A DNA stretch of 64,000 nt from an uncultured Solirubrobacteraceae bacterium (GTDB lineage Bacteria > Actinomycetota > Thermoleophilia > Solirubrobacterales > Solirubrobacteraceae), in the NCBI GenBank assembly GCA_963756465.1, contig CAVWNK010000004.1, positions 152,203 through 216,202 of the forward strand, given 5' to 3'. The position numbers and the translations under genes were made by a program. Positions 8,802-17,691 of the stretch are shown here, in pieces. Position 1 is the stretch's first letter. Each line of letters opens with the position of its first letter. A model generated the notes under the pieces. The model ran no database searches. It saw only the letters and a list, made by a program, of their open reading frames with translations, and was not told where the DNA came from.

Positions 8802-10072
8802 ACAAGCGCTGGCCGGCGGCGATCGCCGCGAGCGCGGTCGCCTGGTACGCGAGCGACTCGCTGCGCCACCGCCGCGAGCAGGGCGACGGCTACGAGCTGC
8901 GCGGGGGCGAGCTGGAGGTCGGCTCCGACGAGTTCCTGCGCGCGACGGAGGCGCTCACGATGGCGCCGATCACGCACGGCAACGCGATCGAGCTGTTCAT
9001 CAACGGCGACGCGATCTTCCCGGCGATGATCGAGACGATGGAGAGCGCGAAGAGCACGCTGAACTTCCTCTCCTATCTGTACTGGAGCGGCGAGATCGGC
9101 ACGACGATCGCCGCCGTCCTGTGCGAGCGCGCGCAGGCGGGCATCGAGGTCAACGTCCTGCTCGACGCTGTCGGCAGCGCGAAGATGGACCGCTCGCTGA
9201 TCCGCGACATGGACGACGCCGGCGTGACGTTCGCCTACTTCCGGCCGCCCAAGCCCTACGCGATGCGGCGCCTGAACAACCGCACACACCGCAAGCTGCT
9301 GATCGTCGACGGCAGCGTCGGGATGACCGGCGGCGTCGGGATCGCCGACCTCTGGACCGGTGACGCGCAGGACCCCGAGCACTGGCGCGACACGCACGTG
9401 CGCGTACGCGGACCGGTCGTGCGCGGGCTGCAGGGGGCGTTCGCGGAGAACTGGCTCGAGGCGACGGGCGACGTGCTCGTCGGCGAGGGCTACCTGCCCA
9501 AGCTCGAGCCGCTCGGCGACGGCGGCGCGATGCAGGTCGTGCGCTCGACGGCCGAGGTCGGCGACACGAACGTCGAGGCGCTGTACTTCCTGGCGATCGC
9601 CTGCGCGCGCACGAGCCTGCACCTGACGTCGGCCTACTTCGCCCCGCGGCCCGCCTTCGTCGAGGCGCTGACCGACGCCGCGCAGCGCGGCGTCGAGGTG
9701 CGGATCCTCGTCCCCGGCCCGCACATCGACAAGGAGGTCGTTCGCCAGGCGGGCCGCGCCGTCTACGAGCAGCTGCTCGAGGCCGGCGTCCACGTGTACG
9801 AGTTCAGCCCGACGATGATCCACGCCAAGACGCTGACGATCGACGGCGTCTGGTCCTCGGTCGGCTCGGTGAACTTCGACAACCGCTCCTTCCAGCTGCA
9901 GGACGAGATCACGCTGTGCGTCTGCTCGCGCGAGTTCGCCGGCCTGCTCGACGAGCAGTTCGAGCGCGACCTCGAGCGCTCGGAGCGGATCGATCTCGCG
10001 CGCTGGAACGGCCGTGGCGCGCGCAATCGCGTCAGCGAGGCGGTGACGAAGATCGCGCGGCGGGAGCTGTAG
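8798..10072 (+). CDS. Phospholipase D / cardiolipin synthase-like protein with two HKD motifs
   Basis: HRKLLIVDGSVGMTGGVGI and HAKTLTIDGVWSSVGSVNFDNRS. N-terminal hydrophobic segment. ATG 8798 overlaps the upstream stop (ATGA). Confidence 0.85.
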   Translation: MNKRWPAAIAASAVAWYASDSLRHRREQGDGYELRGGELEVGSDEFLRATEALTMAPITHGNAIELFINGDAIFPAMIETMESAKSTLNFLSYLYWSGEIGTTIAAVLCERAQAGIEVNVLLDAVGSAKMDRSLIRDMDDAGVTFAYFRPPKPYAMRRLNNRTHRKLLIVDGSVGMTGGVGIADLWTGDAQDPEHWRDTHVRVRGPVVRGLQGAFAENWLEATGDVLVGEGYLPKLEPLGDGGAMQVVRSTAEVGDTNVEALYFLAIACARTSLHLTSAYFAPRPAFVEALTDAAQRGVEVRILVPGPHIDKEVVRQAGRAVYEQLLEAGVHVYEFSPTMIHAKTLTIDGVWSSVGSVNFDNRSFQLQDEITLCVCSREFAGLLDEQFERDLERSERIDLARWNGRGARNRVSEAVTKIARREL

Positions 10073-10215
10073 CCGGCCACGCGGGTGTGAGGCTGCCGGG
10101 CATGGCCTGCGGAGACTCGACCGCGCGGGCTCGCAGGCCGGGCTGAGGAGTCGCCGCGCCCGGCCGCGGGTAGGGCACAGGCCTGTCCCTGCACACGAGA
10201 GCGAGGAGGTCGATC

Positions 10216-10380
10216 GTGGCAATCATGTCGAAGCTGTCGCAGTTCGTGCGGTCGCTGACGTCCGAGAAGGCCAACACCGACGTGCCGCCGGGCGCGCACG
10301 TGCCGTCCGACCACCATGACGCCGTGCCGATGCCCGAGCGCAAGCCGCAGGCGGGATTCGAGTCCGAGCAGGGCGACTGA
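10216..10380 (+). CDS. Small hypothetical protein (54 aa from GTG 10216; 51 aa from ATG 10225), below the ORF-track length cutoff
   Basis: GAGGAGG at 10203-10209 lies 6 nt before the GTG. Nearly all codons end in G/C. Peptide: (VAI)MSKLSQFVRSLTSEKANTDVPPGAHVPSDHHDAVPMPERKPQAGFESEQGD. Confidence 0.45.
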   Translation: MAIMSKLSQFVRSLTSEKANTDVPPGAHVPSDHHDAVPMPERKPQAGFESEQGD

Positions 10381-10429
10381 CGCCCGCTGACGTGCAGCGC
10401 CGGCCCGGCCCGGCCGCGGTCGCGGCCGC

Positions 10430-10648
10430 TCAGCCGGCGCCGAAGCCGACCTTGAGCTCGTCGCGCGTCGTGCGCACGTACTGCACGTGGCTGAGGTTCA
10501 GCCGGATCGTGCCGTCGTCGACCGTCAGGTCGAACCAGTCGCCGCCCTTCAGCGCCTCCAGCAGCCCGTCGAGGACGTCGTCCTCGACGCGCACGGCGAG
10601 CACCTGAGCTGAGGCCGACAGGCCGATCGTCACGCGTTGCAGCGCCAT
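10430..10648 (-). CDS. Small conserved protein, DUF3107-like
   Basis: 72 aa. The pattern (V.IG......L.........v...l..al......l.l.D..G......VQYV......KVGFG) resembles the actinobacterial DUF3107 family. Confidence 0.55.
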   Translation of the reverse strand: MALQRVTIGLSASAQVLAVRVEDDVLDGLLEALKGGDWFDLTVDDGTIRLNLSHVQYVRTTRDELKVGFGAG

Positions 10649-11070
10649 CAGTGGCCCTCCTCCGCCGGCTGGACGATCTCGGTCAGCAGCCCGCCCGCGG
10701 TCTTCGGGTGCAGGAAGGCGACGCGGGAGTTGCGGATGCCGATTCGCGGCGTCTCGTCGATGAGCTTCAAACCGGCCTCCTTCAGCGCCGCGAGCGTCGC
10801 CTCGATGTCGTCGACCTGGTAGGCGACGTGGTGCATGCCGGGACCGCGCTTGGCGATGAACTTTCCCACCGGCGTGTCCGGCCCGGTCGCCGCGAGCAGC
10901 TCGATGTGGTTCTCGCCGACGTCGAGCAGCACGGCCTCGACACCCTGCTCGGTGACGATCTCGCGGTGCACGAGCGTCATGCCGTAGTCGCGCTCGTAGA
11001 GCTCCAGCGACGCGTCGATGTCCTCGACGGCGACGCCGATGTGATCGACGCGGTTGAACATGGCGGGCAT
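10648..11070 (-). CDS. mce: Methylmalonyl-CoA epimerase (VOC/glyoxalase fold)
   Basis: VDHIGVAVEDIDASLELY, IELL, KRGPGMHHVAYQVDDI, AFLHPK..GGLLTEIVQ. Confidence 0.9.
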   Translation of the reverse strand: MPAMFNRVDHIGVAVEDIDASLELYERDYGMTLVHREIVTEQGVEAVLLDVGENHIELLAATGPDTPVGKFIAKRGPGMHHVAYQVDDIEATLAALKEAGLKLIDETPRIGIRNSRVAFLHPKTAGGLLTEIVQPAEEGH

Positions 11071-11115
11071 CCTAGTTGGTGCACCGCGCGGCGACGCGGA
11101 TGCGCGACGGCGACG

Positions 11116-12705
11116 TCAGCGACCCGGCGGCGGCGCCGACGTGCGCGCGTTGCCCCGCTCGGTCTGCGGTCCCGGCGCCGCGGCGGCGACGACGCGCAGG
11201 CCCTGATGGCCGCCGCTGCGCTCCATCCGCGGCACCCCGTCCATGATCCGATCGATGTCGTCGCGCTCGAGCACCTCGTTGGCGAGCAGCGCGAGGGCGA
11301 ACTCCTCGAGCTTGCCGCGCTGGCCCGTGAGCAGCTCGGTCGCCGCCCGCTGCGCCTCGAAGGTCAGCTCCTGCTGCTCCTCGTCGCGGACGCGGCGAAA
11401 CTGCTCGGAGCCCGCGTCGTCGGTCGCGATCGCGCGCTGCGCGGTGCCGGGGGTTCCCATCGCGTAGTCGTAGACCATCGCGTGGGCGACCTGCGCGACG
11501 CGCTGCAGGTCGTCCGAGGCGCCCGTCGTGACCTCGCCGAAGACGATCTGCTCGGCGATCCGGCCGCCCAGCAGGACGGTCATGTGATCGATCAGCTCCT
11601 CGCGCGTCTTCAGGTAGCGGTCCTCGTCGGGCAGGTTGAGCGTGTAGCCCAGCGCCCGCCCGCGCGGCACGATCGAGATCTTGTGCACGCGGTCGACGCC
11701 CGGCAGCAGCTCGGCGCAGAGCGCGTGCCCGGCCTCGTGGTAGGCGACCACGCGCCGCTCATGCGCGTTGAGCACGCGCCGCGACTGCACGCCCGCGATG
11801 ACGCGCTCGAGCGCCTGGTCGAAGTCCTCGCGGCTGAGCGCCAGGCCCCGGCGGCGCGCGCAGCGGATCGCCGCCTCGTTGGCGAGGTTGGCCAGGTCGG
11901 CGCCGGTCAGGCCGCTCGTCTGGGCAGCGACGTTGGACAGATCGACGTCCTCGCGCAGCGGCTTGTCGCGGGTGTGGACGCCGAGGATCCGCTCGCGGCC
12001 GGTGATGTCGGGCGGCGAGACGAACACCTGGCGGTCGAAGCGGCCGGGGCGCAGCAGCGCCGGGTCGAGCTTCTCGAGCAGGTTCGACGCCGCCATCACG
12101 ACGATGTCGCCGGTCGAGTTGAAGCCGTCCATCTCGACGAGCAGCTGGTTGAGCGTCTGCTCACGCTCGCCGGAGAAGTCCGAGCCGCGCCTGCCGCCGA
12201 CGGCGTCGAGCTCGTCGATGAAGATGATCGCCGGGGCGTGCTTGCGCGCCTCGCGGAACAGGCGCCGGATCCGCGCCGCGCCGAGGCCGGCGAACATCTC
12301 CACGAACGACGCCGCCGACTGCGAGAAGAACTGCGCCCCGGACTCGTGCGCGACGGCCTTGGCGAGCAGCGTCTTGCCCGTCCCCGGCGGGCCGTGCAGG
12401 AGCACGCCGGCCGGTACGCGCGCGCCGAGCTTGGCGAACTCCTTGGGGTTGCGCAGAAACGCGACGACCTCGCGCAGCTCGTCCTTGGCGTCGTCGACGC
12501 CGGCGATGTCATCCCACCCGATCGAGGTCTTCACCTCGGGCTTGATCTGGACGGGCTTCGTGCGCGGCATGAGCTTCAGCGTCCGCCACAGAAAGAAGCA
12601 GATCAGGAACATGAACACGATCGTGAAGACGCCCGACCACTCCAGCCCGAAGTCCTTGACGCCGTCGAGGAAGCTCTGCTCCGGAAGCGGTGGTGCGGCG
12701 TTCAT
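11116..12705 (-). CDS. ftsH: FtsH-family AAA+ zinc metalloprotease, short form with a single N-terminal TM helix
   Basis: Walker A GPPGTGKTLLAKAVA, Walker B IIFIDELDA, second region of homology, and zinc site HEAGHAL. Only one hydrophobic segment (VFTIVFMFLICFFLW) and no extracytoplasmic domain. Confidence 0.9.
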   Translation of the reverse strand: MNAAPPLPEQSFLDGVKDFGLEWSGVFTIVFMFLICFFLWRTLKLMPRTKPVQIKPEVKTSIGWDDIAGVDDAKDELREVVAFLRNPKEFAKLGARVPAGVLLHGPPGTGKTLLAKAVAHESGAQFFSQSAASFVEMFAGLGAARIRRLFREARKHAPAIIFIDELDAVGGRRGSDFSGEREQTLNQLLVEMDGFNSTGDIVVMAASNLLEKLDPALLRPGRFDRQVFVSPPDITGRERILGVHTRDKPLREDVDLSNVAAQTSGLTGADLANLANEAAIRCARRRGLALSREDFDQALERVIAGVQSRRVLNAHERRVVAYHEAGHALCAELLPGVDRVHKISIVPRGRALGYTLNLPDEDRYLKTREELIDHMTVLLGGRIAEQIVFGEVTTGASDDLQRVAQVAHAMVYDYAMGTPGTAQRAIATDDAGSEQFRRVRDEEQQELTFEAQRAATELLTGQRGKLEEFALALLANEVLERDDIDRIMDGVPRMERSGGHQGLRVVAAAAPGPQTERGNARTSAPPPGR

Positions 12706-12748
12706 GCGTTCGTGCCTTCGGCGTTCATGCCTGGCTGCCTTCCGTTGC

Positions 12749-13543
12749 TTATCCCGTAGCCGGCGGTGATTCGACGCGCAGGATCTCGGCGAGCGCGGCG
12801 CGCCCGACCTCGAGCTGGCGCTCGCTCGGCTCGCGCGTGCCGAGCAGGCGCTGAAGTTCGTGGCCGGGCCGGCGCAGGAGGCGGGCCGCGGTGCTGCCGG
12901 GGTGCTTCTCGGTCCAGACGAAGACCTCGACGGCGAACCCGAGCGACGCCAGGCCGACCGCGAACTGGGAGACGGGGCCGGGACGGTCGAGCGTGTGGCG
13001 CAGCAGCGCGGCGCCGGCGAGGTTCGACGCCAGCAGCGGCGCCATCAGGTGCGAGCCGCAGCGATCGTGCTCCTTGGCGGCGTCGGCGGCGTCGGCCCGG
13101 TCGTCCTCGTAGGCGGCGATCGCCTTGTGCTCGACGCCGTGGTACTCGGCCAGCTCGCCGCCGCGCAGGGCGACGAAGCTCGGCAGCAGCGAGACGACGG
13201 CGAGGACCGCCTCGGCACCGGTGCCGCCCGTCAGCCGGCCGCGCAGCAGGCGCGTGCCGCCGGCCGCCGCCAGCATCGAGCCGAGCACCTTGACGTCCTG
13301 GAAGGGCAGCTTGGCCTCCGGCAGCGCGCGCTTGACGAGCGGGATGACGACCATCGCCTCGCCGAGCCGTACGACGCCGCGCACGCCGGCGAGCCGCTCG
13401 ACGCCGTGCACGCGCGGCTTGCGTCCCGAGGCCGTGCCGATCGATCCGTCGCGGCGGCGCACCGAGGCGGCCCAGTGCGTCGGGCCGTGGACGAGCAGCC
13501 CGTTGCGCAGCGCCATCCCGCCGAGTCGCAGCTTGTCAGCCAC
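12749..13543 (-). CDS. DUF1385 domain-containing membrane protein
   Basis: LRLGGMALRNGLLVHGP..., EYHGVEHKAI, HDRCGSH. The GTG start overlaps the 3' end of the upstream gene by 8 nt. Confidence 0.8.
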   Translation of the reverse strand: MADKLRLGGMALRNGLLVHGPTHWAASVRRRDGSIGTASGRKPRVHGVERLAGVRGVVRLGEAMVVIPLVKRALPEAKLPFQDVKVLGSMLAAAGGTRLLRGRLTGGTGAEAVLAVVSLLPSFVALRGGELAEYHGVEHKAIAAYEDDRADAADAAKEHDRCGSHLMAPLLASNLAGAALLRHTLDRPGPVSQFAVGLASLGFAVEVFVWTEKHPGSTAARLLRRPGHELQRLLGTREPSERQLEVGRAALAEILRVESPPATG

Positions 13544-14867
13544 CGAGCAGCTCCGTGCAGACGTCGCGGAAGAAGCTCGCCGCGAAGCCGAGGTCGCGAA
13601 CGTCGATGCGCTCGTCGGCGGCGTGGATCAGCGGTGAGGTCTCGTAGAGGGTCATGTGGCGCTGCGGGAAGAAGCCGTACGCGACGCACTCGGGGAACGC
13701 GTCGCGGAAGGTGCGCGAGTCCGTGAACCCGGGCAGGATCGTCGGAACAACGCGCGAGCCGGGGTCATTCACCCGCAGCCATCCGTCGATCGCGTCCATC
13801 AGCGGCGAGCGGACGGGCGATCCGTTGCCGACGACCTGCTCGGTGAACTCGAGGCTGTAGCCGTCGTCGCCGAGCACCTCCTGGATGCGCGCGAGCGCGT
13901 GCTGCGCGCCGAGGCCGGGCGGGACGCGGCAGTCGACGCGCAGCTCGGCGCTGGCGGGAATGACGTTGATCTTCTCCGAGCCCCAGATGCGCGTCGGCGC
14001 GAGCGTCACCCCGAGCATCGGCTCGACGAGCAGCGCGAGCCTGGGATCGTTGGCGCGCAGCGCCTCCAGCGCCGATCTGACCCCACCCTCGTCGCCGTTG
14101 ACCGGGCCCAGGCCGAGGCCCTCCAGCAGCGCGCGCGGCCCGTCGGTCAGGTCGTAGCCGGGCTGCCGTGAGCCCATCGCCGCCAGCAGCGGCGCCATCT
14201 TCAGCAGCGCGTTGTCGCCGATCTTCGGGATCGACGCGTGGCCCGCGATGCCGTCGGTCATGAGGCGAAAGCGAAAGACGCCCTTCTCGGCGACGCAGAC
14301 GCCGTACAGCCGCTCGCCGTCGTAGGGGATCATCGCGCCGCCGCCCTCGTTGAGCAGGTAGTCGCAGCGCACGAGCTCGGGGTGGTGCTCGCACATCCAG
14401 ATCGCGCCGAGCTCGCCGCCGACCTCCTCGTCGACGACGACGGCGACGAGCAGGTCGCCCTGCGCCGGCCGCCAGCCCGAGCGCGCGAGCGACAGCGCGG
14501 CGGCGACCTCGGCGGCGGTCTGCGACTTCATGTCCAGCGCACCGCGGCCCCAGACGCAGCCGTCGGCGAGGTCGCCCGACCACGGGTCGTGCGTCCAGTC
14601 CGCGGACGTCGCGAGGACCGTGTCGACGTGCGAGAGCAGGCACAGCGTCGGTCCGTCGGCGACGCCGCGCAGGCGCGCGACGAGGTTCGGCCGCTCGGGC
14701 ACGGCGCCGTGCAGCGCCACGTCGAAGCCGGCCTCGCGCAGGTCGGCGGCGAGCTCCTCCTGCAGGGCGCGCTCGTTGCCGGGCGGGTTGACGGTGTTGT
14801 GGCGGATCAGCCGCTGGAGCAGCGCGGTCGCGTCCTGCTGGAGATCTCCTGCCACGGTCCGACGCAT
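13536..14867 (-). CDS. M20-family metallopeptidase (ArgE/DapE/dipeptidase-like). Alternative start at 14928.
   Basis: LLSHVDTV, DPWSG..., GRGALDMKS, VVVDEEVGG. Only the C-terminal ~443 aa of the 1405-aa track ORF are credible. Confidence 0.85.
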   Translation of the reverse strand: MRRTVAGDLQQDATALLQRLIRHNTVNPPGNERALQEELAADLREAGFDVALHGAVPERPNLVARLRGVADGPTLCLLSHVDTVLATSADWTHDPWSGDLADGCVWGRGALDMKSQTAAEVAAALSLARSGWRPAQGDLLVAVVVDEEVGGELGAIWMCEHHPELVRCDYLLNEGGGAMIPYDGERLYGVCVAEKGVFRFRLMTDGIAGHASIPKIGDNALLKMAPLLAAMGSRQPGYDLTDGPRALLEGLGLGPVNGDEGGVRSALEALRANDPRLALLVEPMLGVTLAPTRIWGSEKINVIPASAELRVDCRVPPGLGAQHALARIQEVLGDDGYSLEFTEQVVGNGSPVRSPLMDAIDGWLRVNDPGSRVVPTILPGFTDSRTFRDAFPECVAYGFFPQRHMTLYETSPLIHAADERIDVRDLGFAASFFRDVCTELLGG

Positions 14868-14914
14868 GTTAGGGGTGCGACGAGCTGCGCTCGATCGGGT
14901 CTGGACCCCATCCG

Positions 14915-16300
14915 TCATGACACGAGGCCGGCGCCACGCAGGCAGCTCTGCGCGCCGGCGCCGCTGACCTGGCGGCAGCGCGCCCTCAGCGCCTCGGCCG
15001 TCGGCTCCAGCGAGGCGAGCACCGAGCCGACGCCCTCGTAGCAGTGGGCCCGGTGGCGACTGGGGGCGCGCGCGCAGAAGCGCCCGCCGCGTGCGCCCGC
15101 CGCGTCGGCGTTGACGATCTCGCGCGAGACGCCGTACAGGCAGTCGCGCTCGTTGCCCTTGGCCAGGCGGCAGCTCGCGAGCGCCTTGCTGACGCTCTTG
15201 CCCGCGATCCCGGAGACGTCGCGGCCGAAGGACTCGAAGCAGGTCTTGACCCAGGCCTTCTCGCTGAGCCGGCAGCCGTCGGCCGCCTTGGCCTGGTCGT
15301 AGCCCGAGACGCGCAGGAGGTTCGCCGTCACGAGCAGGTAGCAGTAGAGCTTGTGGCGCTCGGCAACGGTGTTGCACGGATAGATCGGGTCGTTCTTGCG
15401 CAGGTACTTCGACGTGACGCCGTAGGAGGAGTTGAAGTTCTCCATGAAGACGCCGCCGCTGCAGGAGACGCGATCGAAGCCCGTGCGCAGGTCGTCGCAG
15501 GTCTTCAGCGAGCCGGGCAGGTCGTAGCCGGTGTAGATCATCAGGCCGTGCCCGAGGCCGTGGATGCACTGGTAGGCGAGGAAGCGCCGGTCGGTGATCT
15601 GCGGGTCGCTGCAGAGCTGGCGCGCGACGATCGCGAGCTTGTCGCTGGGCTGGCCGAGGAAGGCGCGCTCGATGATGCCGTGGTAGTAGCCCGACGCGCA
15701 CACGGCGCTGCCGGCGATGAACGCGGGGGCGACCTTGTCCTTGAAGCGCGACAGCGCCGCCGAGCCCATCCGGTGCGCGATCCGGTGGCAATTGGTGGCG
15801 ACCGCGCTGTTCGTCGCGATCATCGCCTGCAGGCGGTCGAGCGCGGGCTTGGGTCCGTCGTTGAAGACGAGGTTGCCGAACGCCTGCTCGAAGCACTCGA
15901 AGTCGCCGTCGGCGCAGTCGGCGAGGCGCTGGTCGTCGGGCTCGAACGGCTCGGCGACCGCCTTGCCCGACGCCTTGCCGGCGCCGACGAACGCGGCCAC
16001 GTCGGCCTTCTCGTCGTCGCTGAGCTTGTCGGCGAAGCTCGGCATGAGCCCGCCCGGCTTGCGCAGCTGGGCGAGCACGCGGCCGGGGGTGGGGCCGGCC
16101 GCGTCGAGGTCGGGCCCGACGGTGCCCTTCGAGCCGGCGGCCTTGAACGTGTGGCACCCGTCGCAGCCCTGCGCGGCGAACAGCCGCTTGCCGTGGACCG
16201 GATCGCCCTTGGCGGCCCGCTCCGCACTCGAGCAGGAGCTGAGGCCGAGCGCCGCGAGGACGACGACGACCCAGCCTGTCAGCAGACGTCCGCGATTCAT
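14915..16300 (-). CDS. Lipoprotein with an N-terminal class I cytochrome c domain fused to an uncharacterized Cys-rich repeat domain
   Basis: Lipobox LGLSSC. Heme motif CDGCH with a distal GGLMP. About 330 aa follow, with roughly 20 Cys and a recurring C..(H/E/G)G.G motif (CHRIAHRMG, CIHGLGHGL, CYEGVGSVL). Confidence 0.75.
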   Translation of the reverse strand: MNRGRLLTGWVVVVLAALGLSSCSSAERAAKGDPVHGKRLFAAQGCDGCHTFKAAGSKGTVGPDLDAAGPTPGRVLAQLRKPGGLMPSFADKLSDDEKADVAAFVGAGKASGKAVAEPFEPDDQRLADCADGDFECFEQAFGNLVFNDGPKPALDRLQAMIATNSAVATNCHRIAHRMGSAALSRFKDKVAPAFIAGSAVCASGYYHGIIERAFLGQPSDKLAIVARQLCSDPQITDRRFLAYQCIHGLGHGLMIYTGYDLPGSLKTCDDLRTGFDRVSCSGGVFMENFNSSYGVTSKYLRKNDPIYPCNTVAERHKLYCYLLVTANLLRVSGYDQAKAADGCRLSEKAWVKTCFESFGRDVSGIAGKSVSKALASCRLAKGNERDCLYGVSREIVNADAAGARGGRFCARAPSRHRAHCYEGVGSVLASLEPTAEALRARCRQVSGAGAQSCLRGAGLVS

Positions 16301-16361
16301 CGGATGCGAGAGTAACCGCGGTCGGGGCGGTGGTGTCGCAGCTCGGCGCGATACTTGACGG

Positions 16362-17678
16362 ATGTCCGATCAGCTCTTTGACATGGGCGACGCGAGCATC
16401 CCGGTGACCACCACGCCGGTGCCGCCCGCCGACGCGCCGCTGGCCGTGCGCATGCGCCCGCGCTCGCTCGACGAGCTCGCCGGCCAGGAGCATCTGCTCG
16501 GCACGCCCGCCGCGCCGACGACGCTGCGCCGCGCGATCACCGACGGCCGGCCGCATTCGATGGTGCTCTACGGGCCCCCGGGCAGCGGCAAGACGACGCT
16601 TGCGCGGATCGTCGCGGGCTCGGCGCGGGCGGCGTTCGAGGAGCTCAGCGCCGTGCAGGCCGGCCGCGCCGAGGTCCGCGGCGTGATCGATCGCGCCGCG
16701 CACCGGCGCCGGGCCAGCGGCGAGCCGACGGTGTTCTTCCTCGACGAGATCCACCGCTTCAACAAGGCCCAGCAGGACGCGCTGCTGCCGGCCGTCGAGG
16801 AGGGCCTCGTCACGCTGATCGGGGCGACGACCGAGAACCCGTATTTCGAGGTCAACTCGGCGCTGCTGAGCCGGACGCAGGTCTACGAGCTGCAGGAGCT
16901 GCGCGCTCAGGACATCGAGCGCCTGCTGCGGCGCGCGATCGAGCGCGGCGAGTGCGGCGCCGCGACGGTCCCCGACGAGGTGCTCGAGTTCCTCGCCGCG
17001 CGCGCGGGCGGCGACGCGCGCACGGCGCTGGCGGCGCTCGAGCTGGCCTGCGCGACGGCGTCGGCGCCGGGCGCAACGGCGGCGGTGACGCAGGAGGGCG
17101 CCGAGCAGGCGCTGCAGCGCAAGGCGCTGCGCTTCGACCGCGCCGGCGACCAGCACTACGACTACATCTCCGCCTGGATCAAGGCCACGCGCGCGTCCGA
17201 TCCCGACGCCGCGCTCTACTACCTCGCGGTCATGCTCGAGGGCGGCGAGGACGCGCGCTTCCTCGTGCGCCGAATGGTGATCCTCGCCTCGGAGGACATC
17301 GGCAACGCCGACCCCCAGGCGCTCGTGGTGGCGACCGCGGCCGCCGCTGCCGTCGAGCACGTCGGGATGCCCGAGGCGATCCACGCGCTGTCGCAGGCGA
17401 CGATCTACCTCGCGCTGGCGCCGAAGTCCAAGGCGGCGACGATCTCGATCGGCCGCGCGATGAGCCACGTACGCGCGCACGGCGCGGCCGCGCCGCCGCC
17501 GCAGATCCGCTCGCAGGCGGTCGGCTACGACAGCCCGCACGACCACCCCGGCCACCTCGGCGCGCAGGAGGTCGCGCCGGACGCGGTCGCCGGCGTGCGC
17601 TTCTACGAGCCCGACGAGATGGAGCACGAGCTGCGCGCGCGGCTGGCGCAGATCCGGCGCGCCCGCGGGCGAGGGTGA
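16362..17678 (+). CDS. rarA: Replication-associated recombination protein A (AAA ATPase RarA/MgsA)
   Basis: [36 protein letters not shown], and the MgsA C-terminal [25 protein letters not shown]. Confidence 0.92.
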   Translation: MSDQLFDMGDASIPVTTTPVPPADAPLAVRMRPRSLDELAGQEHLLGTPAAPTTLRRAITDGRPHSMVLYGPPGSGKTTLARIVAGSARAAFEELSAVQAGRAEVRGVIDRAAHRRRASGEPTVFFLDEIHRFNKAQQDALLPAVEEGLVTLIGATTENPYFEVNSALLSRTQVYELQELRAQDIERLLRRAIERGECGAATVPDEVLEFLAARAGGDARTALAALELACATASAPGATAAVTQEGAEQALQRKALRFDRAGDQHYDYISAWIKATRASDPDAALYYLAVMLEGGEDARFLVRRMVILASEDIGNADPQALVVATAAAAAVEHVGMPEAIHALSQATIYLALAPKSKAATISIGRAMSHVRAHGAAAPPPQIRSQAVGYDSPHDHPGHLGAQEVAPDAVAGVRFYEPDEMEHELRARLAQIRRARGRG

Positions 17679-17691
17679 CACAATCGCCCCG

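Noticed and set aside
10651-12759. 702-aa + strand ORF antisense to mce and the FtsH paralog
   Set aside because: Low-complexity R/A/D/L-rich sequence. The opposite strand encodes unmistakable epimerase and AAA-M41 motifs.
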